Shown here: positions 63,479 to 64,000 of the stretch, piece by piece
Layout: each line of letters begins with the position of its first letter
Numbering within the stretch: position 1 is the first letter of the stretch
Assembly (NCBI GenBank): GCA_963714975.1
Contig: CAVQQD010000001.1
Span: forward strand, 1 to 64,000
DNA length: 64,000 nucleotides
Direction of reading: 5' to 3'
Source: an uncultured Gammaproteobacteria bacterium
GTDB taxonomy: Bacteria > Pseudomonadota > Gammaproteobacteria > JAURND01
Program-made: the position numbers and the translations under genes
The notes under the pieces: generated by a model
Seen by the model: the letters and a program-made list of their open reading frames with translations, nothing else
What the model was told of the DNA's origin: nothing
Databases searched by the model: none

Positions 63479-64000
63479 ATCAACCGCTCCTACCATCAGT
63501 GCTACTAAAAATAAGGGCAGCAGGTAGTAAACCATCAAAGCCTTAACCCACACCAGGTGGGTGATCGTCCCTAAAAAGGCTCCTAGGCGGCAGACATGCT
63601 CAATTCCCTCCTTGAGCTTTGAAAACCTAGGGGGCAACACCGAAGTGAAACGAAAGACAGGCTGCTGGATCTCGTGAACAAACCCTATCGCCAACGTTTC
63701 TTTTACCCAACTCACTGGCTTCGGGAGCGTCCTCTCTTGCGGGAGCTCCTGTTCAACGCGTTGGGTGATTCGCAGTAAATGCCCTTGCGTTTGTTGGGGG
63801 CCGTGCCAAAATTGATACCCACCAAATCCAATCACTAATAATAGCCACGCCAAACCAAAAAGCCAACACAGGAGCAAGACTTGACGGCATACTCCTGCTA
63901 CCAACCCCCGACTCCGAGGGGGCAACGGATTAGGGGGCGGGGCCATGCGGGTTCGGGTTAAAGGGGCTGAGCTCAAAGCGGCGAATGATCGGCTCCGCGG

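Larger units (their letters stand above)
61540..63976 (-). pseudogene. TIGR03747 (DUF4400) ICE membrane protein interrupted by IS1380
   Basis: LPLF..VGAVD | GLGQRDIRKF..FFHAIK rejoins in frame across the IS; ends approximate. Confidence 0.82.
43453..64000 (-). mobile_element. PFGI-1/GI-type T4SS integrative conjugative element transfer region (continues beyond the window)
   Basis: Conserved order in transcription direction: TIGR03747, RAQPRD, 03758, 03745, 03750, 03746, 03749, 03752, 03751, VirB4-like, TraU-like, 03755, TraG-N, TraD, TraI-like, PFL_4669. Confidence 0.9.

Overview
The window looks like three unrelated pieces joined end to end, with genes cut at both junctions (about 4066-4070 and about 33373). 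(1) 1-4066 is very GC-rich and Actinobacteria-like: a DHA2 MFS exporter, a small Cys-containing secreted protein and a truncated NAD-dependent epimerase. (2) 4069-33373 is an Acidobacteria-like, IS-saturated island. It holds three copies of a conserved attP-like unit of about 190-220 bp (tRNA 3'-half core, IHF-type boxes, repeated arm motifs) that separate integrase-free cargo blocks. It also holds two IS21-type elements carrying homologous replication-protein-like passenger genes (one also with ParB and Zn-finger genes), nested IS701-like/IS1380/IS21 insertions, an IS66-like composite hit by a group II intron and IS1634, and a scrambled TonB-dependent receptor gene. (3) 33374-64000 is a low-GC, Legionellales/Coxiellaceae-like PFGI-1/GI-type T4SS integrative conjugative element. 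Next to it lie candidate host-directed effectors (a U-box protein split by IS4 and a related protein ending in a CaaX box), HU and an AlgP-like protein, structured leader motifs and a REP-like palindrome. Many frameshifts fall in homopolymers and may be long-read errors. Family and taxon calls come from motif and composition recognition by eye, not from database searches.
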